Part shown: in pieces, positions 1 to 9,232 of the stretch
How the letters are laid out: each line of letters begins with the position of its first letter
How positions within the stretch are numbered: the stretch's first letter is position 1
Assembly: GCA_964649715.1 (NCBI GenBank)
Contig: CAZYTH010000008.1
Coordinates: 1 to 55,633 of the forward strand
DNA length: 55,633 bases
Reading direction: 5' to 3'
Source of the DNA: an uncultured Candidatus Saccharibacteria bacterium
GTDB taxonomy: Bacteria; Patescibacteriota; Minisyncoccia; Phycocordibacterales; UBA12445
Program-made: the position numbers and the translations under genes
The notes under the pieces: generated by a model
The model's input: only the letters and a program-made list of their open reading frames with translations
What the model was told of the DNA's origin: nothing
Database searches by the model: none

Positions 1-1
1 T

Positions 2-48
2 CTCAATCTGATTAAATAAAGAGTTCCAATTCCATCCCCGTAGGGTCA
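2..48 (+). repeat. Degenerate tRNA-3'-end-like repeat unit, copy 1
   Basis: CTCAATCT-N11-GAGTTCCAATTCCATCC-CCGTAGGGTCA recurs at 665-731 with the same spacing. The GTTC...TAGGGTCA part resembles a T-arm plus acceptor 3' strand (tRNA-Glu-like; inference). Confidence 0.55.
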
Positions 49-56
49 TAAAATAC

Positions 57-84
57 CAAAACAAGAGCGCAAGCTCTTGTTTTG
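57..84. terminator. Perfect 12-bp hairpin with GCAA tetraloop
   Basis: CAAAACAAGAGC-GCAA-GCTCTTGTTTTG followed by a T-rich run. Confidence 0.7.
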
Positions 85-94
85 TTGTATTTTT

Positions 95-236
95 TGATAC
101 TACAGAGAATCGAAAGACGGAGGCGGGCCCATTGCTGAAAGCAAGGGAGCCGAGTCGGGGCCGAGAGTACTTAGGCTTTTATAAGCGAAGCGAAATAAAA
201 GACTTAGTAACTCGTGGCCGAGACTCTGTATGGCCA
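95..236. repeat. Structured element bounded by imperfect inverted tRNA-arm-like ends
   Basis: Left end TGATACTACAGAGAATCGAA is the reverse complement of a TTCGA T-loop/3' end. Right end CGAGACTCTGTATGGCCA pairs with it (TACAGAG/CTCTGTA). Internal GC-rich hairpins; same layout as 44466-44580. Confidence 0.55.
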
Positions 237-325
237 TACTTGATATTATCTAAAAAAATAGTAGTCTATTGAACTAGATAGGTTTTTTGTTCTAGCTTAA
301 GGTTATTTGAAAAAGGAGAAATAAA

Positions 326-607
326 ATGGTTATTCTTCTAATTATTACAACAGCGGTAATTTTGGGTTTTTTCTTCTCGGTCCTTTCTTCAGCCCTTTCT
401 CTTTTCGAAAAAACAAGGAATACTGTTTACCACTGTCCGGAGCATGGTCACATCGGGAGAGCTGACCAGGGAAGAAAATACTGTTCCACGTGCGGAAATA
501 TTGGTAAAATACTGGTAAAATGCAAAAGATGCGGAAGTGCTGTGTGGCCGAACTGTCGACATTGCGATAAATGCGGAACTAAAAAAGAAACAACATACGA
601 AGAATAA
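326..607 (+). CDS. Membrane-anchored double zinc-ribbon protein
   Basis: AGGAG RBS, N-terminal hydrophobic helix, CPEH / CSTC / CKRC / CRHCDKC motifs, downstream terminator. Confidence 0.8.
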   Translation: MVILLIITTAVILGFFFSVLSSALSLFEKTRNTVYHCPEHGHIGRADQGRKYCSTCGNIGKILVKCKRCGSAVWPNCRHCDKCGTKKETTYEE

Positions 608-620
608 GCAACGCACCGGC

Positions 621-645
621 ACCTCCCTCATCGGGAGGTTTTTTT
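621..645 (+). terminator. Intrinsic terminator
   Basis: ACCTCCC-TCATC-GGGAGGT followed by a T run, just after the 326-607 stop. Confidence 0.75.
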
Positions 646-664
646 ACCCAAATCTCCAAATATC

Positions 665-731
665 CTCAATCTACACAATCACAGGGTTCCAATTCCGTCC
701 CTGCCTACCGGCAAGCAGGCCCATAGGCTCA
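665..731 (+). repeat. Degenerate tRNA-3'-end-like repeat unit, copy 2, with a 20-bp palindromic insert (701-720)
   Basis: CTCAATCT-N11-GGGTTCCAATTCCGTCC-[CTGCCTACCGGCAAGCAGGC]-CCATAGGCTCA, aligned to 2-48. Confidence 0.55.
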
Positions 732-821
732 AATTCCGAACTAGCTTATTTAACCTATATTTTGAACCAACTTTTATTTTGGAAAAATTAACCAATTAAA
801 ATATTCCGAATCAAAAGAAAA

Positions 822-842
822 ACACCCGCTTTTGACGGGTGT
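822..842. terminator. Intrinsic terminator hairpin
   Basis: ACACCCG-CTTTTGA-CGGGTGT with an A run on the left (U run on the minus strand), downstream of minus-strand CDS 854-1240. Confidence 0.65.
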
Positions 843-853
843 ATTTAATTTCA

Positions 854-1240
854 TCAGTTATTTTGTTTAGACTCTTGCAGTCTTGGATAAATTGTCTCTG
901 TTTCGGATATTTGCTCTGAAGTAGATGCGAGGCTTTTCATTTTAAGATATGCCGCGTTTCTTAATTCATACTCAGCAGCTCTTCTGACTTCATACCAGAC
1001 TCCTCCCTCCAGATTTGGAGTTAAGGTTCGATAAAGAAACACATTTTTAGCATCTTCAAAGGTTTTGCTTTCGAGAATTAGTTTATTTCGCTCAAAAATA
1101 CTCGCAACCGCTTTTTGAATTTCTTTTCTACTTTCTTGTTCCCAATTACTGTAGATTAATCCTTTATCACCATTGCATATATAAAGGAAAGAAATAATAA
1201 CAAAAGCACCGACCAATACACCAATTCCAAAATTTCTCAT
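854..1240 (-). CDS. Hypothetical protein with N-terminal membrane anchor
   Basis: ORF 854-1252. Start placed at the second ATG (1240), which has GGAGG upstream. Hydrophobic N-terminus. Confidence 0.7.
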   Translation of the reverse strand: MRNFGIGVLVGAFVIISFLYICNGDKGLIYSNWEQESRKEIQKAVASIFERNKLILESKTFEDAKNVFLYRTLTPNLEGGVWYEVRRAAEYELRNAAYLKMKSLASTSEQISETETIYPRLQESKQNN

Positions 1241-1499
1241 AAAAACCTCCATTTATTAAAGAACCAAAATCTTTAAATTCAAAATGAATACTATATTAAA
1301 TAGTCATTTTGTTCAAGAAAAAATATAGTGAATTGAGGCGAAGAGTAAATAGACATTATCTAGGATTAGACATCAAAATGTTTAATTCCTGAATACTGAA
1401 AACCACATCTTCCCCATACTTAACAAGTTCAGAAAGCCAGGTTGTAGGCCCATAACTTCGAGTTTGTCTAAACAAACTATTCAGCTTTAATTAAGGTTA

Positions 1500-2153
1500 C
1501 TACCTAATCCTCACCTTCATGCGGGTTATTGGCGCGAAAGCAAAAAATATTGCCGTGACAAAGAAAATCGCCGAAACTATACTGAAAGACCAAATTCCCC
1601 AAAATGTTCCCCATCTTTTATCGTCTGAATTCGAGCTGTAATAAACATCAACCTCGTCTCCGACTTTGTTTTTAAAAGAATTGCCACCCAAACAGGAATC
1701 TGACTTAAACTTAATTAAATTTGAGTTATTATCATGATATTCGATTATCGGACAATATGCCGGCGAACCATCGCTGAAATCTGTTGTAGATAACTCAACG
1801 ATTACGCCCCTTGTTTTAACTGAATTTTCTAAGAAATTAAAAGTATTCTTTGTGCTAAATATAAAAATTGTTAAGGGTATCAAAGAGATTATAATAAAAA
1901 AATTCCTTTTTATTTTTCCGATTTTCTCTAAAATATCATTTTGCCCTCTGGCAATTCCGTTGGTAAGAAAATCTTCGCCGCTTGCTCCTGTTTGCTCTTT
2001 TATGGTTTTCGCAGATTCTTTCTCGGTCCACGCGCCATTAACAAAAACAAAGCGACCATCATTGCTTAAATCTTTATCGATCTGCTCCCTTGTGGCCCCC
2101 TCATTTGTTCTTTTTTGAATAAAATCTATTAGTGTCTGGTTTTCCATCCCCAA
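1500..2153 (-). CDS. DUF3592-like membrane protein
   Basis: TM helix, then TRGVIVE...YCPIIEY...VGDEVDVYY, then a second TM helix. Confidence 0.7.
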   Translation of the reverse strand: MGMENQTLIDFIQKRTNEGATREQIDKDLSNDGRFVFVNGAWTEKESAKTIKEQTGASGEDFLTNGIARGQNDILEKIGKIKRNFFIIISLIPLTIFIFSTKNTFNFLENSVKTRGVIVELSTTDFSDGSPAYCPIIEYHDNNSNLIKFKSDSCLGGNSFKNKVGDEVDVYYSSNSDDKRWGTFWGIWSFSIVSAIFFVTAIFFAFAPITRMKVRIR

Positions 2154-2225
2154 ATTTTATCACAAAATCCCTTAAAAGATAAGATTATTTTTTATCTTTA
2201 TTGTTAAAAATGCTACAATATTTTC

Positions 2226-2810
2226 ATGAAAAAAATATTATATATAGCTGTGTTGTTCTTTTTAGTCTTTGGAGCTATGACACTCCAAAATTCCAAAGAA
2301 CAAAAGATTAAAAAAATAGTCACAGATGAAAAGAACGCTACTTATATCATTGACGGAAAGCCCACAACCCTAAAAGATGGTTTTTCTGAAGTAGCAGATA
2401 AAAATGGAGGGAATATGAAAATAGTTACTAAATATTTCGGAAATAAGGTAAGTCACGATTTAAATGATGATGGATTAGAAGATGTGGCATTTCTTTTGAC
2501 ACAAGAAACTGGTGGAAGTGGAACATTCTTTTATCTAGTAGGGGCACTCAATACATCTGAAGGTTATATCGGATCTCATGCATTCTATCTTGGTGATCGA
2601 ATCGCCCCACAAACAACCAACATAAACGAGGGTTCAACATCCAGAGAAACAAACAGAAAAAATGTAATTGTTGTTAATTTTGCAGAAAGATTACCGGAAG
2701 AGCCATTCACAACACAACCATCAATAGGGAAAAGCGTTTGGGTCAAACTTGACCCCATAACCATGCAATGGGGTGTTGTTGCATCAGACTTTGAAGGAGA
2801 ATCTCGGTAA
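2226..2810 (+). CDS. Secreted/surface hypothetical protein
   Basis: Signal-like N-terminus; DLNDDGLEDVA (calcium-loop-like) and GGSGTFFY motifs; 194-aa open frame. Confidence 0.75.
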   Translation: MKKILYIAVLFFLVFGAMTLQNSKEQKIKKIVTDEKNATYIIDGKPTTLKDGFSEVADKNGGNMKIVTKYFGNKVSHDLNDDGLEDVAFLLTQETGGSGTFFYLVGALNTSEGYIGSHAFYLGDRIAPQTTNINEGSTSRETNRKNVIVVNFAERLPEEPFTTQPSIGKSVWVKLDPITMQWGVVASDFEGESR

Positions 2811-3092
2811 CTATTTATTCTTACTTTTAAAGACTAATTAAAAAAAATATATTCAGAAATATGTGTTTTTTATTTAATCTATAAATTTCTTTAATATTTC
2901 TCATTAAAATTTTCCAAACCCATTCATTTAGATTCGACTCTTACATCCAGAAGGAAAATTAATCTTTAGCTACAATAACATGATTGCCTTCGTATATATT
3001 TCAAACCCAAATTTGACAAGAAGATTAATTCATTGTAAGCTTAAATAGTTCGTTCTTTCAGAATACAAAATTTAAATATCAGGAGGAATCTC

Positions 3093-3677
3093 GTGGCCAT
3101 TAACAAGGTTTCATTAGAAGACAAAGATATAAAAATAATTCTTTTGCAATTCTCCTTTTCGAATAAGTCGATTGTCCCCCTTGGAGTAAGATGGACAGCC
3201 AAAGAGACGAGTGAGGAAAGAGCGAAAAGAACCCAGAGGGCGATTAAGGGCATTTGTGTGATATCTCCAACTGAAAAAGTTTTTGTTGATATTTTTGAAG
3301 AAATTGAAAATATGGGCTTTGTTATGATCAATGCCTTCTACAAGCCAAGGATTGATCCCAAGGACGAAGATGATACGTATCAGATGGTACGATTCACCTT
3401 TGCAACAAATAGCCCTCAAGCTTTTTCAGAAAATTTCAAAAAAATTCAGGAATCTGCGAGGGAAGAACTCCGGAGGTTGTGCAACGAGTCTCTTTGGAGG
3501 GTTCGTGCATACCTCAATCCTTTTTTTTCCATGAATAAAATAATTGAGGGCAAAAAAGCCCTATCGATAAATATGGAAGTTAGGGGACCCCTTTTTCATA
3601 AAAACGGAAGTAAGACGGGTTTGGTGGAAACCCAAAAACTCAAAGTGGAGGATGGAGTCCTTCACCTCACCAAGTAA
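3093..3677 (+). CDS. Hypothetical protein
   Basis: AGGAGG RBS before a GTG start; 194 aa; terminator immediately downstream. Confidence 0.75.
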   Translation: MAINKVSLEDKDIKIILLQFSFSNKSIVPLGVRWTAKETSEERAKRTQRAIKGICVISPTEKVFVDIFEEIENMGFVMINAFYKPRIDPKDEDDTYQMVRFTFATNSPQAFSENFKKIQESAREELRRLCNESLWRVRAYLNPFFSMNKIIEGKKALSINMEVRGPLFHKNGSKTGLVETQKLKVEDGVLHLTK

Positions 3678-3684
3678 AGAATAA

Positions 3685-3714
3685 AAAACACCGGCACACA
3701 AAGTGCCGGTTTTT
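3685..3714 (+). terminator. Intrinsic terminator
   Basis: ACCGGCAC-ACAAA-GTGCCGGT followed by TTTT. Confidence 0.75.
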
Positions 3715-4095
3715 CATTGAATAATACTGAAACAAAGAACAAACCCCCCCCCCATTACTCAATTTTTTCTTATCTACCTAAAAACTCTAAAGATTATCAT
3801 CTTCTTCATCATTTGATATTGTAAAAACAAGAACAAAAAAAATAAGAAGTATCTGCAAGACAAAACCCATATGACCTCCTAATAAGAATTTCTTTGAATT
3901 AAACACTTTTAATAAAAATAGTCAATGTGAATTGTGATTTAAAGAACCTGGAAACAATTTGCACATTTGAGACACATAAATCCAAGTTTATTAAAATTGT
4001 CTCAAGAAGGTAAGAGCAAGCCAACTCGCGAGACAGAATATTAATCACCACAAAACAAAAACACCGAGATGTTGCATCCAAGTAGTTATTTTTTG

Positions 4096-4169
4096 TGGGC
4101 GACACAGGAATCGAACCTGTGACCTTTACAATGTCAATGTAACGCTCTAACCATCTGAGCTAGTCGCCC
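4096..4169 (-). tRNA. tRNA-Val(GAC)
   Basis: Acceptor GGGCGAC/GTCGCCC, anticodon arm TTACA-TTGACAT-TGTAA, T-loop GGTTCGATTCC. CCA not encoded. Confidence 0.97.
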
Positions 4170-4260
4170 CCCTATATTATTTTTTACAAAATACTCATTT
4201 TAAAACAACAATCCCTTTGTGTGTTTTTAAATTACGCCAACATATTTAACTATTTTTCTT

Positions 4261-4824
4261 TTATTTTTTCAACCCCCTCCTAATATCTATCTTCTCGCTA
4301 GGCAAACCGTCCTTTTTCCCTTCATATATTAAATAATCTATTTGTTCTTTTATTTTATCCGACAGACTATCAATATCTGACATATGCTTTTCTCCGCTGA
4401 TATTTACCGATGTTGTTACAAAGGGGATATTCGATTCTTTAATAACCTCCCAAAACCAATGATTCGGCATTCTTACCCCAACACTCATCTCTTTGGGATT
4501 TATTTCTCGAGACAAATGTGAGTTTTTTTTCATCTCAACAAAAAAGGTATATGGTCCGGGTAATTTTGATCTAATAAAAGAAAAATCATCTTCTTCGATA
4601 TCGCAATCGACAAGAACTCTTTCAAAACTAGGGAAAATAACAGAAAAAGGCTTTTCATCCCTCCTCTTTATTTCTCTTATTTTTCTTACAGATTCAGAAT
4701 TTTCAGCATTGGCCCCAAGTCCATATATCGTATCTGTCGGATAAACAAATATCTTTCCCTTCTTGATTTCGGATATTATTTCCCCTTTATTTATTAGCAC
4801 ATCCTCTCTGTTTAAAATATTCAT
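4261..4824 (-). CDS. tsaC: L-threonylcarbamoyladenylate synthase (Sua5/YrdC family)
   Basis: YPTDTIYGL, IKRR..KP, LPGPYT, VGVRMP and TTSVNISG motifs. Confidence 0.93.
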   Translation of the reverse strand: MNILNREDVLINKGEIISEIKKGKIFVYPTDTIYGLGANAENSESVRKIREIKRRDEKPFSVIFPSFERVLVDCDIEEDDFSFIRSKLPGPYTFFVEMKKNSHLSREINPKEMSVGVRMPNHWFWEVIKESNIPFVTTSVNISGEKHMSDIDSLSDKIKEQIDYLIYEGKKDGLPSEKIDIRRGLKK

Positions 4825-4940
4825 CTCTATTAAATACCATAAACAAATTTAAAAAACAAAAAAATGGAAATATATCTTTTTTTGATATAATATACATCTT
4901 ATTATGTTCCATAATGGAAAATTAAAAAAAATATAATAAA

Positions 4941-6107
4941 ATGAGGATTCTTGCCATAGAAACAAGTTGCGATGACACTGGAATAGCCGTTATTGAGGCA
5001 AAAGGGGGTCTAAAACGGCCCTTTTTCAAGATACTAGCCAACCTCACACACTCGCAAATAGAACTTCATTCTAAATGGAATGGCGTTGTTCCCTTTTTAG
5101 CAAAAAGAGAACATTCCAAAAATCTAATCCCTTTGCTCGAAAGGACCCTTGCCAAAGCAAAACTTCTAAAAGAAAATAAAAAAGGAACCCTGCTCAATAA
5201 AAACCTAGAAATTCTTCTCAACAGAGAACCCGAATTACTTTTTTCCCTAAAAAAATTTTTACAAAATTTCAAAACACCAAAGATAGATGTAATTGCCGTT
5301 ACATACGGACCAGGTCTTGAGCCCGCTTTGTGGACTGGCGTCAATCTCTCAAGGACTTTATCGCTAATATGGGAAAAGCCATTAATCCCGATCAACCACA
5401 TGGAAGGGCACATATTCTCAAGCTTCCTTGAAAAGAAAGATGCAAAAATAGATTTCCCTTCTCTCGCCTTACTCATATCCGGAGGACATACCGAGCTTGT
5501 CTTAATTAAAAACTGGATGAAATACAAAATCCTTGGAAGAACGCGAGACGATGCTGTCGGAGAAGCATTTGACAAGGTGGCAAGAATGATCGGACTTCCC
5601 TACCCTGGTGGACCCGGAATCTCAAGGCTTGCCGAAGAATTTATTCTTGCAAATAAAATCGGGCTCACCTTTCCGCGCCCAATGATAAATTCTAATGATT
5701 TTGATTTTTCTTTCTCCGGACTCAAAACAGCAGTTCTTTATAAAATAAAAGAGCTAGGTGAACTTACCGATAATATAAAAAAAGAAATAGCCTTCGAGTT
5801 TGAAGAATCTGTGGTGGATACGCTTATAAGCAAAACAAAAAAGGCTCTTAAAAAATATGGTGTAAAAACACTAATCATCGGAGGCGGAGTCTCTGCAAAT
5901 AAAAAAATACGAGAGACTTTCAGAAAAATGATAGATGAAGAATTCAGCGATTCAAAAATTTATATTCCGGAAAGAAGCTTTTCTGTTGACAACGCTGCCA
6001 TGATAGCCGTGGCCGGTTATTTTAGATACTTAAAGGACAAGACGAAATTCGAACCAATAAAAATTAAAAAACTTAAAGCTAGTGGTAATTTGACTTTGAG
6101 TAAATAA
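4941..6107 (+). CDS. tsaD: tRNA N6-adenosine threonylcarbamoyltransferase
   Basis: LAIETSCDDT, GPGL, NHMEGH, SGGHT, DDAVGEAFDK, FSFSGLKT, GGVSAN, DNAAMIA. Confidence 0.97.
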   Translation: MRILAIETSCDDTGIAVIEAKGGLKRPFFKILANLTHSQIELHSKWNGVVPFLAKREHSKNLIPLLERTLAKAKLLKENKKGTLLNKNLEILLNREPELLFSLKKFLQNFKTPKIDVIAVTYGPGLEPALWTGVNLSRTLSLIWEKPLIPINHMEGHIFSSFLEKKDAKIDFPSLALLISGGHTELVLIKNWMKYKILGRTRDDAVGEAFDKVARMIGLPYPGGPGISRLAEEFILANKIGLTFPRPMINSNDFDFSFSGLKTAVLYKIKELGELTDNIKKEIAFEFEESVVDTLISKTKKALKKYGVKTLIIGGGVSANKKIRETFRKMIDEEFSDSKIYIPERSFSVDNAAMIAVAGYFRYLKDKTKFEPIKIKKLKASGNLTLSK

Positions 6108-6198
6108 GAAAATAGAAAAAAACAAACAAATCTGTTAACATTTACAATACATGTCCTGCCAAAAAAGCATTCGCGAAAGGACAAAAATACAATAATCA

Positions 6199-8538
6199 AT
6201 GAAAAATAATAATATCCAAAACATAAGAGATGAGAGTACAGAAAAAACACAAACACATTCTGCCCTCAATGGGATAAATGATAAACTTTTAAAACCATAC
6301 GAACCACAGAGTACTGAACCGAGGATATATAAAGTATGGGAAGAAAGCGGTTTATTTAATCCCGACGTTTGTATAAAGAATGGACACACAAAACATGATG
6401 CTCCTGTTTTTTCAATGGTCTTGCCTCCTCCAAATGTCACTGGAACACTACATATGGGACACGCCTTAATGCTAACCATAGAAGATATAATGACCAGATA
6501 CAATAGAATGTCTGGTAAAAGAACTCTTTGGTTACCAGGCACAGATCATGCCGCGATAGCCACTCAATCAAGAGTCGAAAAAGACATCTATAAAAATGAA
6601 AAAAAGAATCGCTACGAAATAGGAAGAGAGGAACTTTTAAAAAGAATAAATGATTTTGCGAAAAACAGTCACGACACCATAATCAACCAACTAAAAATAA
6701 TGGGGGCTTCAGTAGATTGGAGCAGAGAGGCATACACGCTTGATGAAAAGAGAAATATTGCGGTAAAAACAGCATTCAAAAAAATGTATGATGATGGACT
6801 TATCTACAGAGGTCACAGAATAGTGAACTGGGATCCAAAGGGACAAACCACTGTTTCAGACGATGAAGTTGTTTATGAACAAAGAAAAGCAAAATTTTAT
6901 ACTTTCAAATATTCCAAAAATTTTCCCATATCGATATCAACGACTCGACCAGAAACCAAGGTTGGAGACACCGCTGTTGCAGTGCACCCAGAAGATGAAC
7001 GTTACAAAAAATTTGTGGGAAAAGAATATGATATTGAATTCTCTGGAGTAAAAATTCACATAAAAATAATAGCAGATGAAACCGTGGATAAAGATTTTGG
7101 AACCGGAGCACTTGGTGTCACCCCTGCACACAGTATGACCGACTGGGATATTGCAGAAAGACACGGACTTCCAAAGATCCAGGTCATAAACGAATACGCA
7201 AAAATGACCGTAGAAAATCCAGAATTAAAAGGAAAGAAAACAACAGAGGCAAGAGATATTATTATTGAATGGTTAAAAAAAGAAAATCTTTTAGAGAAGG
7301 AAGAAGATGTAGATCAAAATATATCTCTAGCAGAGAGAACTGGTGGAATAATAGAGCCATTACCAAAAATGCAATGGTTCGTTGATGTAAATAAAAAATT
7401 CAAGATCCCATCATCAAAAATAAACGGAATAAATTCTGGAGACGAAACGACCCTAAAAGAAATAATGAAAAAAACAGTTGAAAGTGGTCAAATAAAAATA
7501 ACGCCAGACCATTTTAACAAAACATATTTCCATTGGATAGAAAATCTTCGCGATTGGTGCATAAGTAGACAAATCTGGTTTGGACACAGAATACCTGTGT
7601 GGTATCGAGAAAAGACCGATGTTCAAAAAACCGAAATAAAAGAATCAACCGAACTAAACAACAAAAACGTAGAGATATATTGCGATATTAATCCGCCAGA
7701 AGGAGAGAATTGGAAACAAGACGAGGATACCCTAGATACTTGGTTCTCCTCTGGTTTATGGACTTTTAGCACACTTGGTTGGCCCGAACAAACAAGCGAT
7801 CTAAAAATATATCATCCAACAAACATGCTTGAGACTGGCTATGAAATTCTCTTTTTCTGGGTTGCAAGAATGATACTCATGACGGGATATCTAATAGGAG
7901 AAATACCATTTGAAAAAGTTTATCTTCATGGGACAGTAAGGGATTCCCGGGGCAGAAAAATGAGTAAATCCCTTGGAAATGGGATAGACCCGATGGATAT
8001 TGCAAATAAATATGGAGCAGATGCAGCAAGAATGTCTTTAATCGCGGGCGCAGGACCTGGCACAGACACAAGGGTGTATGAAGAAAAGATAAAAGGATAT
8101 AAAAATTTTGCCAATAAGATATGGAATGTGACTAGATTTATTCTGTCTAATGGTGATAAAACAATGATCGAGCCAGAAGAATATAGCGATGAAAATAAAA
8201 AGATATTTTCTGAATTCAATGAAACAGTAAAAAACATAAACACCAATATGGAAAACAACAAATTCCATATTGCAGCAGAGGAGATTTACCATTACTTCTG
8301 GCATATCTTTGCCGACAAAATAATTGAAGAATCAAAAAACAAAATAAATTTAGCAAATTCAAACAAAAAAGAAACTGAAGAAACCATATGGGTTTTAAGA
8401 AAGATACTGGAAACAAGCGTAAAGATTCTCCATCCCTTTATGCCTTTTGTCACAGAAGAAATTTGGAAATTATATAACGAACATTTTGAAAATAAAGAAT
8501 ATCATCTTATAATGATAGAACAATGGCCGAAAGTATAA
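6199..8538 (+). CDS. valS: Valine--tRNA ligase (no C-terminal coiled coil)
   Basis: PPPNVTGTLHMGH (HIGH motif), GTDHAAIATQ, TTRPET, DWCISRQIWFGHRIP, DTWFSSGLW, KMSKS. Confidence 0.97.
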   Translation: MKNNNIQNIRDESTEKTQTHSALNGINDKLLKPYEPQSTEPRIYKVWEESGLFNPDVCIKNGHTKHDAPVFSMVLPPPNVTGTLHMGHALMLTIEDIMTRYNRMSGKRTLWLPGTDHAAIATQSRVEKDIYKNEKKNRYEIGREELLKRINDFAKNSHDTIINQLKIMGASVDWSREAYTLDEKRNIAVKTAFKKMYDDGLIYRGHRIVNWDPKGQTTVSDDEVVYEQRKAKFYTFKYSKNFPISISTTRPETKVGDTAVAVHPEDERYKKFVGKEYDIEFSGVKIHIKIIADETVDKDFGTGALGVTPAHSMTDWDIAERHGLPKIQVINEYAKMTVENPELKGKKTTEARDIIIEWLKKENLLEKEEDVDQNISLAERTGGIIEPLPKMQWFVDVNKKFKIPSSKINGINSGDETTLKEIMKKTVESGQIKITPDHFNKTYFHWIENLRDWCISRQIWFGHRIPVWYREKTDVQKTEIKESTELNNKNVEIYCDINPPEGENWKQDEDTLDTWFSSGLWTFSTLGWPEQTSDLKIYHPTNMLETGYEILFFWVARMILMTGYLIGEIPFEKVYLHGTVRDSRGRKMSKSLGNGIDPMDIANKYGADAARMSLIAGAGPGTDTRVYEEKIKGYKNFANKIWNVTRFILSNGDKTMIEPEEYSDENKKIFSEFNETVKNINTNMENNKFHIAAEEIYHYFWHIFADKIIEESKNKINLANSNKKETEETIWVLRKILETSVKILHPFMPFVTEEIWKLYNEHFENKEYHLIMIEQWPKV

Positions 8539-9221
8539 CAGCGGGTACTATTTTTTTATCGTTAACAGCGGGAATAATACCACCACTTCTTTGGCTCTGG
8601 TTTTGGATAAGAGAAGACTCAAAAAATCCCGAACCAAGAAGACTGATACTTCTAACTTTTATTGCGGGAATGTTTTCTGTTATTCCGACTTTCTACATTC
8701 AACAATTTATCGGAAAATATACGACTACCGAATACGCGTTTATGGTCTTTTGGCCATTAACAGAAGAATTAGCAAAATTTACAGTAGCATACGTTATTGC
8801 CATTAGATCAAAAGAATACGACGAACCCATCGACGGATTAATCTACTTAATCACAGCCGCTCTTGGCTTTGCTGCTGCCGAAAATTTTCTATTTCTAGTG
8901 AAGCCAGATTTTTCAGCGTTAAGCATGCTTACCGCTAATATGCGTTTTGTCGGCGCTACGCTACTTCACCTTCTTTCGTCTTCGACTATCGGTATTTTTA
9001 TGGCTTTCGCTTTTTATAAGAATAAAATAACAAAGAATATAAACATTTTTTTGGGGTTATTCACAGCCACCACATTGCATAGTCTTTTTAATCTATTTAT
9101 AATTAAGGATGGAGGTAAAAACATTCTAAATGTTTTTACTGTCCTCTGGTCTCTTGCAGTCATTCTCGTTTTACTTTTTGAAAAAGTGAAAAGGATAGAC
9201 CAAACAAAAAATAATTTATAA
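8523..9221 (+). CDS. prsW: PrsW-family intramembrane metalloprotease
   Basis: EELAK, GFAAAEN, LLH...H motifs in a multi-TM protein. Confidence 0.88.
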   Translation: MAESITAGTIFLSLTAGIIPPLLWLWFWIREDSKNPEPRRLILLTFIAGMFSVIPTFYIQQFIGKYTTTEYAFMVFWPLTEELAKFTVAYVIAIRSKEYDEPIDGLIYLITAALGFAAAENFLFLVKPDFSALSMLTANMRFVGATLLHLLSSSTIGIFMAFAFYKNKITKNINIFLGLFTATTLHSLFNLFIIKDGGKNILNVFTVLWSLAVILVLLFEKVKRIDQTKNNL

Positions 9222-9232
9222 ATATAAAAAAT

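Noticed and set aside
389-791. Short ORFs 389-631 (-) and 537-791 (+)
   Set aside because: They overlap the zinc-ribbon gene, its terminator and a repeat; no RBS or motif.
1330-1490. ~40-codon open stretch on the minus strand between two genes
   Set aside because: No convincing start or RBS and no motif.
6199-8538. ValS shorter than canonical; possible pseudogene
   Set aside because: All catalytic motifs are intact and the stop overlaps prsW normally; loss of the C-terminal coiled coil is a plausible natural reduction.
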